Shown here: positions 28,279 through 39,746 of the stretch, in pieces
Position numbering within the stretch: position 1 is the stretch's first letter
Layout: the number at the start of each line of letters is the position of its first letter
Origin: Candidatus Izemoplasma sp.
GTDB taxonomy: Bacteria; Bacillota_I; Bacilli_A; Izemoplasmatales; Izemoplasmataceae
Assembly (NCBI GenBank): GCA_007123975.1
Contig: SLFZ01000041.1
Coordinates: 1-45,448 of the forward strand
Length of the DNA stretch: 45,448 nt
Direction: 5' to 3'
Notes under the pieces: generated by a model
The model's input: the letters and a program-made list of their open reading frames with translations, nothing else
Told to the model about the DNA's origin: nothing
Database searches by the model: none
Program-made: the position numbers and the translations under genes

Positions 28279-29536
28279 AGATTAGGCTGTTTAGGAAGGC
28301 TCGAGAAGGACGACTGAACATCATGATGCAATAGGGCACGACCATCAGCAGCAAACACACGGTGATGAGTGCGCCGATGGAGCCAAACTCAAGCACGACA
28401 CCAGCCAAGGCAAAAGAGAGGGGGATCATCGCGCCGGACAACGTTTCCATGATTGCGAGCACACGACCGCGGACGTCTTGGTCAATGGCACGCATCAGGC
28501 CGGTCATGTAAGGTACGTTGAGGAAAACATTGGCGAACGCGGTTAAGAATAGGGTTGGAAGAAATAGCATCATAAAGGTGTTGTACGGGAGGCGATCAAT
28601 TGAAACGGCAACCATCAGAAAACCAATGAGTATGATACCGATGCCGGTTCCTGTTAGGCCGACACGAATGCTTTTGCCAATCATCAGTTTCGCACCGACC
28701 ACGCCGACGAGCAGACCGCCTGTGAGCATGCCCACAGAGAACATCACTTGGGCGACTGAGAGGTGGTAAGCTTCCTTGCCCAACACAACGTTGAAGAGGA
28801 AGGGGAAGCCGTTGGCAAAGATTGGACTGACGGCGAAGTTGATGGCGAGCACGGCGAACATGAAGGTTAACAAGCCATGTTTTTGGGTCATGTAGGCGAA
28901 GCCGGCTTTGAGGTCAGCAAACACCTTGGGTGGTTCGGCGCCGACGGGCCGCTTGGGATGCGGTGTTCGGATGAACATTTCGCTGATGGCGCTGACGATG
29001 AAGCTGATGCCGTTGATGATAAATATCAGTTCGATGCCGAGGAAGGCATACAGGATACCGGCGAGCAAAATGCCGATAATCGATTGGACGCTGTTGATGA
29101 AACTGAATAACGCATTGGCTTGGTTCAACCGATCGCGGTGCACGATGTCGGGACGAATGGCGGCGACCGCAGGGTAGAAGAAAGCGTTGTTTAGCGCAAG
29201 GATGACGGTGATGCCAAAGAGCAGTGGAATGACCATGCCGTTTGAGGATAGGGCGATGAGGATGCCACCAAGCAAGACAGCCGTGCCGCGAATAAAGTCG
29301 GTGATGTACAAGATACGGACCTTGTGGAGTCGATCGACGAAGACGCCGGCAATCGGTGTCGTGAGAACTTGAACGATGCCGCCGGTGGCGATGTATAGGC
29401 CGGCGATAAGCGGTGAGGCGGTCAGTTCAAGGATGAACCAGCCCACGGCAAAGTTGTAAAACGCGGTGCCGATATGGGAGACGAAACTGCCGACGAAAAG
29501 CAACGTGAAGTTCTTATTTTTTAGCAGGGCGAGCAT
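28277..29536 (-). CDS. MFS transporter (DHA3/EntS-like efflux type)
   Basis: 419 aa with about 12 TM segments. The N-terminal NFTLLFVGSFVSHIGT...VDRLHKVRIL pattern is typical of MFS_3 exporters. Confidence 0.88.
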   Translation of the reverse strand: MLALLKNKNFTLLFVGSFVSHIGTAFYNFAVGWFILELTASPLIAGLYIATGGIVQVLTTPIAGVFVDRLHKVRILYITDFIRGTAVLLGGILIALSSNGMVIPLLFGITVILALNNAFFYPAVAAIRPDIVHRDRLNQANALFSFINSVQSIIGILLAGILYAFLGIELIFIINGISFIVSAISEMFIRTPHPKRPVGAEPPKVFADLKAGFAYMTQKHGLLTFMFAVLAINFAVSPIFANGFPFLFNVVLGKEAYHLSVAQVMFSVGMLTGGLLVGVVGAKLMIGKSIRVGLTGTGIGIILIGFLMVAVSIDRLPYNTFMMLFLPTLFLTAFANVFLNVPYMTGLMRAIDQDVRGRVLAIMETLSGAMIPLSFALAGVVLEFGSIGALITVCLLLMVVPYCIMMFSRPSRAFLNSLI

Positions 29537-29538
29537 GG

Positions 29539-29916
29539 CTATTCGATTGTGATTTCGACCTTGTCACCATCGCCAGATTCGATGTCGACAATTTTCCCGT
29601 CGGTGCCTTGTTCGACCGCGTCGAGAATCGCGTCGAAGTCAAGGTCGACGTCCATGTCTTTCATTTTATCGAATTTCATGAAGCCGCGTTTTCCGCCACT
29701 TTTGAGCGCCACTTTTGCGAACTCAAGAGGAATCTGCACGTTGACTTTATCGCCGTCGTTGCTCAAGATGCGGATTTTGAACATCTTGAACGCTTGTTTT
29801 TTCGCCACAGGAGCATCTTTTCCCTTTTCGAGCGCACCGAGGAGTTCCGCGCCTTCTTGTGGGGTGATTTGCTTTTGCTGGATCATTTCGAGAATCTTTA
29901 GTTTTTCTTGGCTCAT
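29539..29916 (-). CDS. Small acidic protein with an N-terminal SHOCT-like helix; paralogous to the 154-aa protein
   Basis: The ATG at 29916 follows GAGGTG (29927-29922). An alternative GTG at 29931 overlaps the upstream stop. The N-terminal LKILEMIQQKQITPQEGAELLGAL resembles the tail of the DUF2089 protein. The C-terminus reads GKIVDIESGDGDKVEITIE. Confidence 0.75.
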   Translation of the reverse strand: MSQEKLKILEMIQQKQITPQEGAELLGALEKGKDAPVAKKQAFKMFKIRILSNDGDKVNVQIPLEFAKVALKSGGKRGFMKFDKMKDMDVDLDFDAILDAVEQGTDGKIVDIESGDGDKVEITIE

Positions 29917-29927
29917 GGTTTCACCTC

Positions 29928-30290
29928 TCACTTCAACATCTTCAACGCTTGTTCGGAGGTGATTTCACCGTCCGCGAGCTTTTGAAGGATTTCGTCTTTT
30001 TTAGCTTGATCTTCATCGTCGCTTACCGTGTAACCGAGGTGGACGATGACTTCGTCAAGCATTTTTTTGACCGTCGGATACGAGATTTTGAGTTCTTTTT
30101 CGAGTTGTTTGATGCTGCCTTTGTTTTTGATGAAGAGTTCAATAAAGTACAGGTGCTCTTTCGAAAGGTAGTTGAACTTCGACAGTTGGAACTGCCCACT
30201 AATTTCTGTGTGGCAATTTGAACACTCCAATTTTGTTACAAACAGATCGTGGTTGCAAATCGGGCATTCGCCGATAACATGTTTTTGCAT
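29928..30290 (-). CDS. DUF2089-type zinc-ribbon / HTH protein
   Basis: CPICNHDL...CSNCHTEISG zinc ribbon, then LSKEHLYFIELFIKNKGSIKQLEKELKISYPTVKKMLDEV (HTH). The tail ILQKLADGEITSEQALKMLK is SHOCT-like. Confidence 0.85.
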   Translation of the reverse strand: MQKHVIGECPICNHDLFVTKLECSNCHTEISGQFQLSKFNYLSKEHLYFIELFIKNKGSIKQLEKELKISYPTVKKMLDEVIVHLGYTVSDDEDQAKKDEILQKLADGEITSEQALKMLK

Positions 30291-30301
30291 AAAATCACTC
30301 C

Positions 30302-30766
30302 TTATTTTATTCTGATGGCGATGATGGCGTCTTCGCTTTCGATGTCGATGCGGGTGCCGCGTGCGAAGCGTAAGTAGCGGCCGATTTCTTGGAAATCGAT
30401 GGTGTCGAGTTGTTGACTGGATGAGGCGATTTTTTCTTTGACTTCATCGCGTTTTGCTTCGTCGATGTGGTCGAGGTGCTTCGTGGTTTTTTGCACCGCG
30501 TGCGGCGCGTGCTTCCCGGCGATGTTGAGAAAGAAACGAACCATGCCGATGGGAATGGGCATCGCAAAGATGGTGCGCATGAGAAGGTTAACCCGCTTGG
30601 ATTCATTGGGGAGTTTCATGCGAATACGGATGAACCGCGCTTTTTTAAATCCTTTAAACGCAGCCGGATTCTCAATCGTTTCCAGCGCGTCTTCAGGAAC
30701 GGTATCGCCGCGATAGAGTGCATTTAAGACCTCGTGCTTCGACGTGGATTTCTCTAGTGCAATCAT
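30302..30766 (-). CDS. Hypothetical 154-aa protein, first gene of the DUF2089 operon
   Basis: The ATG follows GAGGTG and a consensus promoter. It shares FxRIR...(K/R)VN(L/V) and G-x-(R/K)-I-(I/V)-DIES-x-D motifs with the 125/130-aa protein. Confidence 0.7.
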   Translation of the reverse strand: MIALEKSTSKHEVLNALYRGDTVPEDALETIENPAAFKGFKKARFIRIRMKLPNESKRVNLLMRTIFAMPIPIGMVRFFLNIAGKHAPHAVQKTTKHLDHIDEAKRDEVKEKIASSSQQLDTIDFQEIGRYLRFARGTRIDIESEDAIIAIRIK

Positions 30767-30797
30767 CGTGTCACCTCGTTTTTTATCTTATACCGTC

Positions 30798-30826
30798 ATT
30801 GTAAGCATATATCGATGCGATGTCAA
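30798..30826 (-). promoter_or_regulatory. Near-consensus sigma-A promoter of the DUF2089/MFS operon
   Basis: On the minus strand: TTGACA (30826-30821), 17-nt spacer, TACAAT (30803-30798). An A/T-rich UP-like tract lies immediately upstream (30827-30860). Confidence 0.7.
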
Positions 30827-30932
30827 GTTAAAAATTAAAAAAATTAATTAATACATTAAAAAAATCAATTTAATTCGGCATTATAATTTCAAAAAATCAA
30901 TTAACATTCAAACTGCAAGGGTTTTATTGTCA
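30827..30932. repeat. Extremely AT-rich divergent intergenic block with a 12-nt direct repeat
   Basis: AAAAAATCAATT occurs at 30859-30870 and 30891-30902, 32 nt apart. There are multiple A-tracts and almost no G/C between 30828 and 30905. Confidence 0.6.
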
Positions 30933-31020
30933 TGTGAACACAGTGTTGCGGTGGCGCTTTTTCGTGTTATCATATATAATAAATGCAAACCTTACGAACG
31001 CCACGAACACGGGTGAGACC

Positions 31021-33976
31021 ATGAGTGAAACGCTACGTGCCGGCATCGATATCGGCAGCACCACAATCAAGATGGTTGCCATTGATTGCGATAACCGCAT
31101 CGTCTATAAAGCCTACGAACGTCACATGAGCAGCGTCTCACGTGCGTTAAAAGCATTGCTTGATGACGCCGACGCGGCGCTTTCGGCTCAAGCGATGCGT
31201 TTTAATTTTACCGGCAGCGCAGGGCTAAGGCTCGCCAAGTACGCCGGCGCTCAGTTTACTCAAGAGGTGATTGCCGCGTCGAGCGCGCTCCGCATGCACG
31301 CTCCGGACACCGATGTCTGCATCGAACTTGGTGGTGAGGACGCGAAAATCATGTTTTTCGAAGGCGACAACATCGAGATGCGCATGAACGGAACGTGCGC
31401 CGGTGGCACAGGCGCATTCATTGACCAAATGGCAACCTTGCTCGACACCGACGCCAGCGGCCTCAACAAGCTGGCGAAATCCTATGAAAAACTCTACGAC
31501 ATCGCCTCGCGCTGTGGTGTGTTTGCAAAAACCGATATTCAACCCTTGTTGAACCAAGGTGCAGCGAAAAGCGACATCGCCGCCTCGATTTTTCAAGCCA
31601 TTGTCAACCAGACGGTGGGTGGGTTGAGCCAAGGCAAGAAGATCCGAGGACGCGTTGCCTTTCTCGGTGGACCGCTGACGTTTTCTAGCGAACTGCGCAA
31701 ACGATTTACCGAGTTTTTACACCTCGAAAACCCATACCTTCCCGACCATGGCGAGGTCTTTGTGGCTTACGGCGCTGCGCTTGAGGCCGACCGCGAGCCA
31801 AAGCATATCAACGAATTAATGGCCGATGTCGAACGCTATCGTTTGCGGCACAACGACACTGTGCGGAAAACGATGGAACCCCTCTTTGCCTCGAAAGCGG
31901 ATTACGAGGCGTTTCGCACACGGCATGCTCAAGCCGACGTGCCGCGGCTCGAGCCAAGCGCGTATGAGGGCGATGCGTTTTTAGGCATCGACGCCGGAAG
32001 CACGACCACGAAGTTGGTGCTGTTGACGGCCAATGGAGAGGTTTTGTTCGATTTTTATCGGCACAACCGAGGAAAACCGATTGAAGCGGTCAAAGACGCT
32101 TTGCACGAGATGCACGCGATGCTTCACCCGGGCATTGTCATTCGCCGTGCGATGTCAACCGGTTATGGTGAAGCGTTGATTAAACATGCTTTTTCCTTAG
32201 ACGATGGCGAGGTTGAAACCATTTGCCATTACGAGGCGGCCAAGTATTTCGACCCTGAGGTTAGTTTTGTGGTCGACATCGGTGGTCAAGACATGAAATG
32301 CTTTAAAATCGATGATGGCGTCATCTCGTCGATTGTCTTAAACGAAGCGTGTTCTAGCGGTTGTGGATCCTTTGTTGAAACGTTTGCCGAGAGCCTCGGT
32401 CATTCGGTCGAAGCGTTCGCCGGCATGGCGGTCGACGCCGAGCACCCGGTCGACCTCGGTAGCCGCTGCACGGTTTTTATGAACTCAAGCGTGAAACAAG
32501 CGCAATCGGAAGCCGCCACCAACAAAGACATCAGCGCCGGCTTGGCGGTGAGTGTCGTTAAAAATGCGCTTTATAAAGTAATCCGTGCACACGATGTGCG
32601 CGCCGAGTACGGCGAACACATCCTCGTTCAAGGAGGAACCTTTCAAAACGACGCTGTGTTACGTTCCTTCGAACGCGAGACCGGGGTTGAGGTTGTGCGT
32701 CCACGCATCGCCCACCTCATGGGCGCCTTTGGCGCGGCGTTAATCGCCCGCAAGCGACATCGCGGTGACAGCCGCAGCACGATGCTTGATGAAGCACGGC
32801 TTAAGGCCTTTAGCTATGGCCGAAAACGCGCCACCTGCCATCGCTGTCACAACCTCTGTGCCCTAACCATCAACATCTTCAACGATGGAGAAAAATACAT
32901 CAGTGGGAACCGCTGTGAAAAAGGCGCAGGAATCAACGTCAGTTACGACGACATCCCGAACCTTTATTTATACAAGTACGATAAAATCATGGCGTATGAG
33001 AAAAAGCAGAATCTCATCAACCCGCAAGCCAAGGTTGGGCTGCCAATGATTATGAACATGTATGAAAATGCGCCGTTTTGGCAGCCGTTCTTTGAAGCGT
33101 TGAACGTTGAAGTCACCTATTCGGACCGCTCGACCAAGGCCCTTTATGAACGCGGCCAAGACAGCATCCCTTCAGACACTATCTGTTACCCAGCAAAGCT
33201 TGCCCACGGGCACATTGAATCGCTCTATGAGAAAGCGGTCGATTTTATCTTCTACCCCAACATGCCGTTTAACTTCGATGAAAGTGGCCACGCCCATAAC
33301 CACTATAATTGCCCGGTGGTCGCGCATTACCCAGAAGTCATCAACGCGAACCTTGACCATCTCGACATGGAAAAGTTTCTTCAACCTTACGTCACTTTAA
33401 ACGACAAAACAGCCTTTGTGAATGCGATGGCGAAAGCCCTTAAGCCGTTTGTACGCGCGACGAAAAAAGAACTGAAACAGGCATACGACACAGGGATTAA
33501 AGCCTACAAAGCCTTCCGCCAATCGGTGCAAAAACAAGGCGATGTCGCCCTTGAGTACGCCCGCAAAAACGACCTGAATGTCATCGTGCTAGCTGGCAGA
33601 CCCTATCATATCGATCCTGAAGTTAACCACGGAATCCCCAAACTCATCCGGTCCTTAAACGTCGTTGTCATTAGCGAAGACGCGCTGAACCATCGTGCGT
33701 GCCGTGACCGCGTCGACGTGCTTAACCAGTGGACCTACCACACCCGCCTTTACGACGTTGCCGAGTATGTCGCAACCTTGGATAACCGCGTCAACCTTGT
33801 GCAGCTTGTGAGCTTTGGGTGTGGCATCGACGCCATCACCACCGACGAAGTGAAAACGATTTTAGAACGCAACCACAAGCTTTACACGCAAATAAAGATC
33901 GATGAAATCTCTAACCTTGGCGCCGTCAACATCCGTCTCAGGAGTTTGCTGTCGACGATGGAAGGGGCGAAAAACC

Positions 33977-33984
<8 letters not shown>
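31021..33984 (+). CDS. Acyl-CoA dehydratase activase-related protein (tandem BcrAD/BadFG-type ATPase domains plus a C-terminal uncharacterised domain)
   Basis: Two ASKHA ATPase modules (GIDIGSTTIKMV and GIDAGSTTTKLV). Each keeps the paired cluster cysteines (GTCAGGTG / SRCGVFA and ACSSGCGSF / SRCTVFM). The family-typical CHRCHNLCAL...SGNRCEKG motif follows. The ATG at 31021 follows GGGTGAG. Confidence 0.9.
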
Positions 33985-36366
<2,382 letters not shown>

Positions 36367-36432
36367 CGAAATTGGTTTTATTCTCGCGGTAAATACGTTA
36401 TAATAGGGTAAAGATTTGTGGGAGGTCATACC

Positions 36433-37605
36433 ATGTTTGAACAAAACGACCATTTCAGCCAAAAACCTTCGATAAAAGTCATCGGTGTCGGAGGCGGCGG
36501 TGGAAACGCCGTTAACCGCATGATTGAAAACGAAGTCCAAGGTGTCGACTTTGTCGCCATCAACACCGACGCACAAGTGCTCAGACAATCGAAGGCCAAC
36601 ATCCGCCTGCAAATCGGGAAACTTCTCACCCGTGGACTCGGCGCCGGCGCCGACCCGGAAATCGGACGCCGCGCTGCGCTTGAAAGCGAAGACGAAATCC
36701 GCGAGCTCCTGCAGGAAACCGACATGGTGTTCATCACCGCCGGCATGGGTGGAGGCACGGGAACCGGTGCCGCGCCCGTCATCGCCAAAATCGCCCGTGA
36801 AGCCGGATGCCTCACCGTCGGCATTGTCACAAAACCCTTTAAGTTTGAAGGAAGACGCCGTGTGGGCACCGCGCTTGAAGGATTAGATGCGCTCAAACCG
36901 TACGTCGACACGCTCATTATCGTACCAAACGACCGACTCCTATACGTCACCGACCGCAACACGTCGATGCTCGAAGCGTTCCGCGAAGCCGATAACGTTC
37001 TTAGACAAGGCGTTCAAGGCATCGCCGAGGTCATCACCGTTCCGGGGTTGATCAACCTCGATTTCGCCGACGTGAAGACGGTCATGAAAGACAAAGGGAC
37101 CGCACTCATGGGCATCGGCATCGCCGAAGGCGATAACCGCGCCGTGGAAGCGGCCAAAAAAGCCATTCATTCACCCTTGCTTGATGCCAACATCGACGGC
37201 GCCACCGACGCCATTGTCAACGTCACAAGCGGCACGAACATTGCGCTCTGGGAAGTTACCGAAGCGATTGAAGCCATTCAAGCGTCAAGCTCAACCGAAA
37301 TCAACGTCATTTACGGCACAACCATCAACCAAGACCTTGAAGATGAGGTCATCGTGACGGTCATCGCCGCCGGATTCGACGAGAACCACAAAATCGAACT
37401 CGACAAACTCGGCGAACACGATTACGTGAAACCAACTGACGCCCCCGACGTCGACGACGAGGACGACGAGGACATCAAACCAAAGAAAAAATCCAAGAAA
37501 AAACGCAAGAAAAAAGGGGAAGAGGCAGAAAAAGCTGAGGAGCCCAAGGAAGAAGAACCGTCAAAGACAAACATTCCATCCTGGCTTCGTTCCCGGTTCA
37601 AATAA
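36433..37605 (+). CDS. ftsZ: Cell division GTPase FtsZ
   Basis: [17 protein letters not shown] and [11 protein letters not shown] tubulin signatures. C-terminal conserved peptide IPSWLRSRF. The ATG at 36433 lies 6 nt after GGAGGT. Confidence 0.97.
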   Translation: MFEQNDHFSQKPSIKVIGVGGGGGNAVNRMIENEVQGVDFVAINTDAQVLRQSKANIRLQIGKLLTRGLGAGADPEIGRRAALESEDEIRELLQETDMVFITAGMGGGTGTGAAPVIAKIAREAGCLTVGIVTKPFKFEGRRRVGTALEGLDALKPYVDTLIIVPNDRLLYVTDRNTSMLEAFREADNVLRQGVQGIAEVITVPGLINLDFADVKTVMKDKGTALMGIGIAEGDNRAVEAAKKAIHSPLLDANIDGATDAIVNVTSGTNIALWEVTEAIEAIQASSSTEINVIYGTTINQDLEDEVIVTVIAAGFDENHKIELDKLGEHDYVKPTDAPDVDDEDDEDIKPKKKSKKKRKKKGEEAEKAEEPKEEEPSKTNIPSWLRSRFK

Positions 37606-37613
37606 ACCGCCAC

Positions 37614-37642
37614 GAAAAAGTATGCCTGCATACTTTTTCTTT
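37614..37642 (+). terminator. ftsZ rho-independent terminator
   Basis: AAAAAGTAT (37614-37622) pairs with ATACTTTTT (37629-37637), then CTTTT. Confidence 0.75.
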
Positions 37643-37643
37643 T

Positions 37644-37652
37644 ATGTTATAA
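37644..37652 (+). promoter_or_regulatory. Extended -10 element upstream of ylmE/sepF/ylmG
   Basis: TGtTATAAT directly after the ftsZ terminator. No convincing -35. Confidence 0.45.
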
Positions 37653-37717
37653 TGGTTTTAGCGCCGTCATGAGAGCGCACGCATGACCACGGGGTAACCC
37701 AGGACCGAGGGATTACG

Positions 37718-38368
37718 ATGAACCGCACCTTGAAGACTTCCATTGAGAAAAACCATCCCGGCGTGACGATTGTTGTCGCCAGTAAATACTTGACCACACC
37801 AACGGATTTTCGTCCGTTTTTGGACGCCAACCACCGTGTTTTCGGTGAAAACCGCGTGGAAACGTTGCTCGAAAAACGCGCATGGTTTCAGGATGAAGCG
37901 ATTGAATGGCACTACATCGGCACCTTGCAAACGAAGAAGGTCAAGAAAGTCGTCGATGCCATTGACGTGTTGCATTCGCTCGACCGCATCAAACTGGCTG
38001 AAGAAATCGACAAACGTCGCCAAGGAAAACCGCTCCCGTGCTTCGTCCAGGTCAACATCTCCGGCGAAGCGCAAAAACATGGCATCGAGCCGGATGCTGT
38101 GCCGGCGTTTCTCGATGCCGTGCAATCGTTTGAAAAGCTAACCGTCATCGGCCTGATGGGCATGGCCGAAGAAACCGATGACGACGCGCGCATACGCCAT
38201 CAGTTTGAAACATTGGTGCAGTTGCGCGATGCCGTTTCAACGACTTATCCCACCGTCAAACGCTTGTCGATGGGCATGACCCAAGATTACCGCATCGCGC
38301 TCGAACTCGGCGCCGACACCTTGCGCCTCGGTCGCGTGATGCTTAGGGAGGATACGCATGGGACGTAA
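37718..38368 (+). CDS. yggS: PLP-binding protein YggS/YlmE
   Basis: VASKY (PLP lysine), FGENRVE, WHYIGTLQTKK and SMGMTQDY are YggS signatures. Confidence 0.9.
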   Translation: MNRTLKTSIEKNHPGVTIVVASKYLTTPTDFRPFLDANHRVFGENRVETLLEKRAWFQDEAIEWHYIGTLQTKKVKKVVDAIDVLHSLDRIKLAEEIDKRRQGKPLPCFVQVNISGEAQKHGIEPDAVPAFLDAVQSFEKLTVIGLMGMAEETDDDARIRHQFETLVQLRDAVSTTYPTVKRLSMGMTQDYRIALELGADTLRLGRVMLREDTHGT

Positions 38369-38651
38369 AGCGAAATCGGCCTACGACCGCACCGAGTTCA
38401 TCCGCATGTCGGATGAGCACACCGCGTTCGAACTTGCAGACAAACTGCTCCGCCGCAACCCGCTCATCATCAACTTCGAAGATTACAACGTCGTTGAAAG
38501 CAACCGCGTCATCGTCTTTTTAAGCGGTGTCATTTACGCGCTTGATGGCGAGGTTGAGTTGATTAAGGAAAAAGTCATGGCGTTCGCGACGAAGCAGGAT
38601 TTCCGCGACAAGTCGCTGCGCGATTTCATCAAGAAACACAAGGAGACATAA
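38358..38651 (+). CDS. sepF: SepF-like (DUF552) cell division protein, minimal 97-aa form
   Basis: The core ADKLLRRNPLIINFEDYNVVESNRVIVFLSGVIYALDGEVELI matches the SepF FtsZ-binding domain pattern. GGGAGGA RBS. 11-nt overlap with ylmE. Confidence 0.78.
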   Translation: MGRKAKSAYDRTEFIRMSDEHTAFELADKLLRRNPLIINFEDYNVVESNRVIVFLSGVIYALDGEVELIKEKVMAFATKQDFRDKSLRDFIKKHKET

Positions 38652-38654
38652 ACC

Positions 38655-38912
38655 ATGGTGCTTTTCCTGCAAGGACTTTATTACGTGTTGCAAATCTATT
38701 TTTACATTCTGATTGGCTACGTGCTGCTCAGTTGGATTCCCGAGATCCGCAACACCCGCTTTTATTACTACCTCCATCAGCTCGCCGATCCTTACATGCG
38801 TCTGTTTCGAGGCATCCTCGTGTTCGGCCAGATGGATTTTACCCCGGTTGTGGGGTTCATGCTTTACATGTTCGGCTTACGAGCCTTTCAAATGTTCATC
38901 GCCGGACTTTAA
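38655..38912 (+). CDS. yggT: YggT/YlmG family membrane protein
   Basis: 85 aa. YFYILIGYVLLSWIP...ADPYMRLFRG is the YggT signature. AAGGAG RBS. Confidence 0.87.
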   Translation: MVLFLQGLYYVLQIYFYILIGYVLLSWIPEIRNTRFYYYLHQLADPYMRLFRGILVFGQMDFTPVVGFMLYMFGLRAFQMFIAGL

Positions 38913-38938
38913 CACCATACTACGTTTAGAAAGAGTGA

Positions 38939-39712
38939 ATGTTCATGTTGTTTGATTTTAAGATTAACCGCTTCATTGCCGTCATCGGCCTTATCGGCCT
39001 CGCCGGATTCCTCTATGGCTTCATGGCGGGCGGCGAAATTCATCCGTTGCTATTGCTTGTGTTAACATTCGGTTACGTGTTCATCCTTGGACGCGTGATG
39101 CGCACCGTCGCCATCAACGGCTACCGCGCCATCCACCAACGCCTCTTTATTTATGCCGATGCCAAAGGCTACTTAGAAGCCGTTGGGCGGATGTACACCA
39201 AAACCGCGCGACGTCGTGACATCCATGGTGTCAAGCTGCAAAACATCATCATGGCCTACGTGTTCGCAGGCGATTATAACCAGGCGAAAACGTACTTTGA
39301 CCAGTACGAAAAAACCTATGCCCAAGCGATTGAACACGATCCCAAAGTCAAGTTCTCACACGGACTGATGGACGCCATGATCGGTCTTTTCACCTTCGAC
39401 AAAGAACGGTTTAAAACCGCTTACGACCGCATCGATGAAATCCTCAACCAAATGCCACCGGGCGACGTCCAGCACGTACGCGACAACCCCTACTCCATCT
39501 TTCACATGATGACGTTGCTTTACGAAGTGCTTTTCCGTGAAGACAAGGTGACCATTAACGCCGCCCAAGCACGCATGAAACAAGACAATCCGTTTGTGAA
39601 CTCGGCGATTTTCTACGTGCTCACCAAGTATGACCAACTTGAAGAAAGCGATTTCGAGTCGTTCAAGCGCGAGAACATGAACACGATGTTCTACCTCGAC
39701 ACCGAGTATTAA
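38939..39712 (+). CDS. Hypothetical 2-TM protein with a helical-repeat (TPR-like) cytoplasmic domain
   Basis: Two N-terminal hydrophobic helices (FIAVIGLIGLAGFLYGF and LLLLVLTFGYVFILG), then a helical domain (AYVFAGDYNQAKTYFDQY). It occupies the ylmH/divIVA position. Confidence 0.7.
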   Translation: MFMLFDFKINRFIAVIGLIGLAGFLYGFMAGGEIHPLLLLVLTFGYVFILGRVMRTVAINGYRAIHQRLFIYADAKGYLEAVGRMYTKTARRRDIHGVKLQNIIMAYVFAGDYNQAKTYFDQYEKTYAQAIEHDPKVKFSHGLMDAMIGLFTFDKERFKTAYDRIDEILNQMPPGDVQHVRDNPYSIFHMMTLLYEVLFREDKVTINAAQARMKQDNPFVNSAIFYVLTKYDQLEESDFESFKRENMNTMFYLDTEY

Positions 39713-39717
39713 ACCAC

Positions 39718-39745
39718 TTGCAAAACCCCAAGACTCTGGTATAAT
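39718..39745 (+). promoter_or_regulatory. ileS leader promoter
   Basis: TTGCAA (39718-39723), 16-nt spacer, TGgTATAAT (39737-39745). Confidence 0.65.
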
Positions 39746-39746
39746 A

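Noticed and set aside
30827-30932. AT-rich repeat block as a CRISPR array, replication origin or IS end
   Set aside because: There are only two 12-nt repeat copies and no spacer-repeat periodicity. No DnaA-box clusters or inverted terminal repeats are present. Its position directly upstream of a consensus promoter fits a UP/operator region better.
30934-31020. N-terminal extension of the activase ORF (with analogous extensions at 5790-5858, 6643-6732, 8095-8118, 26105-26179, 33902-33976 and 39959-39991)
   Set aside because: In each case a downstream start has a proper RBS and gives the conserved family N-terminus. The extensions run through promoters, terminators or the upstream gene.
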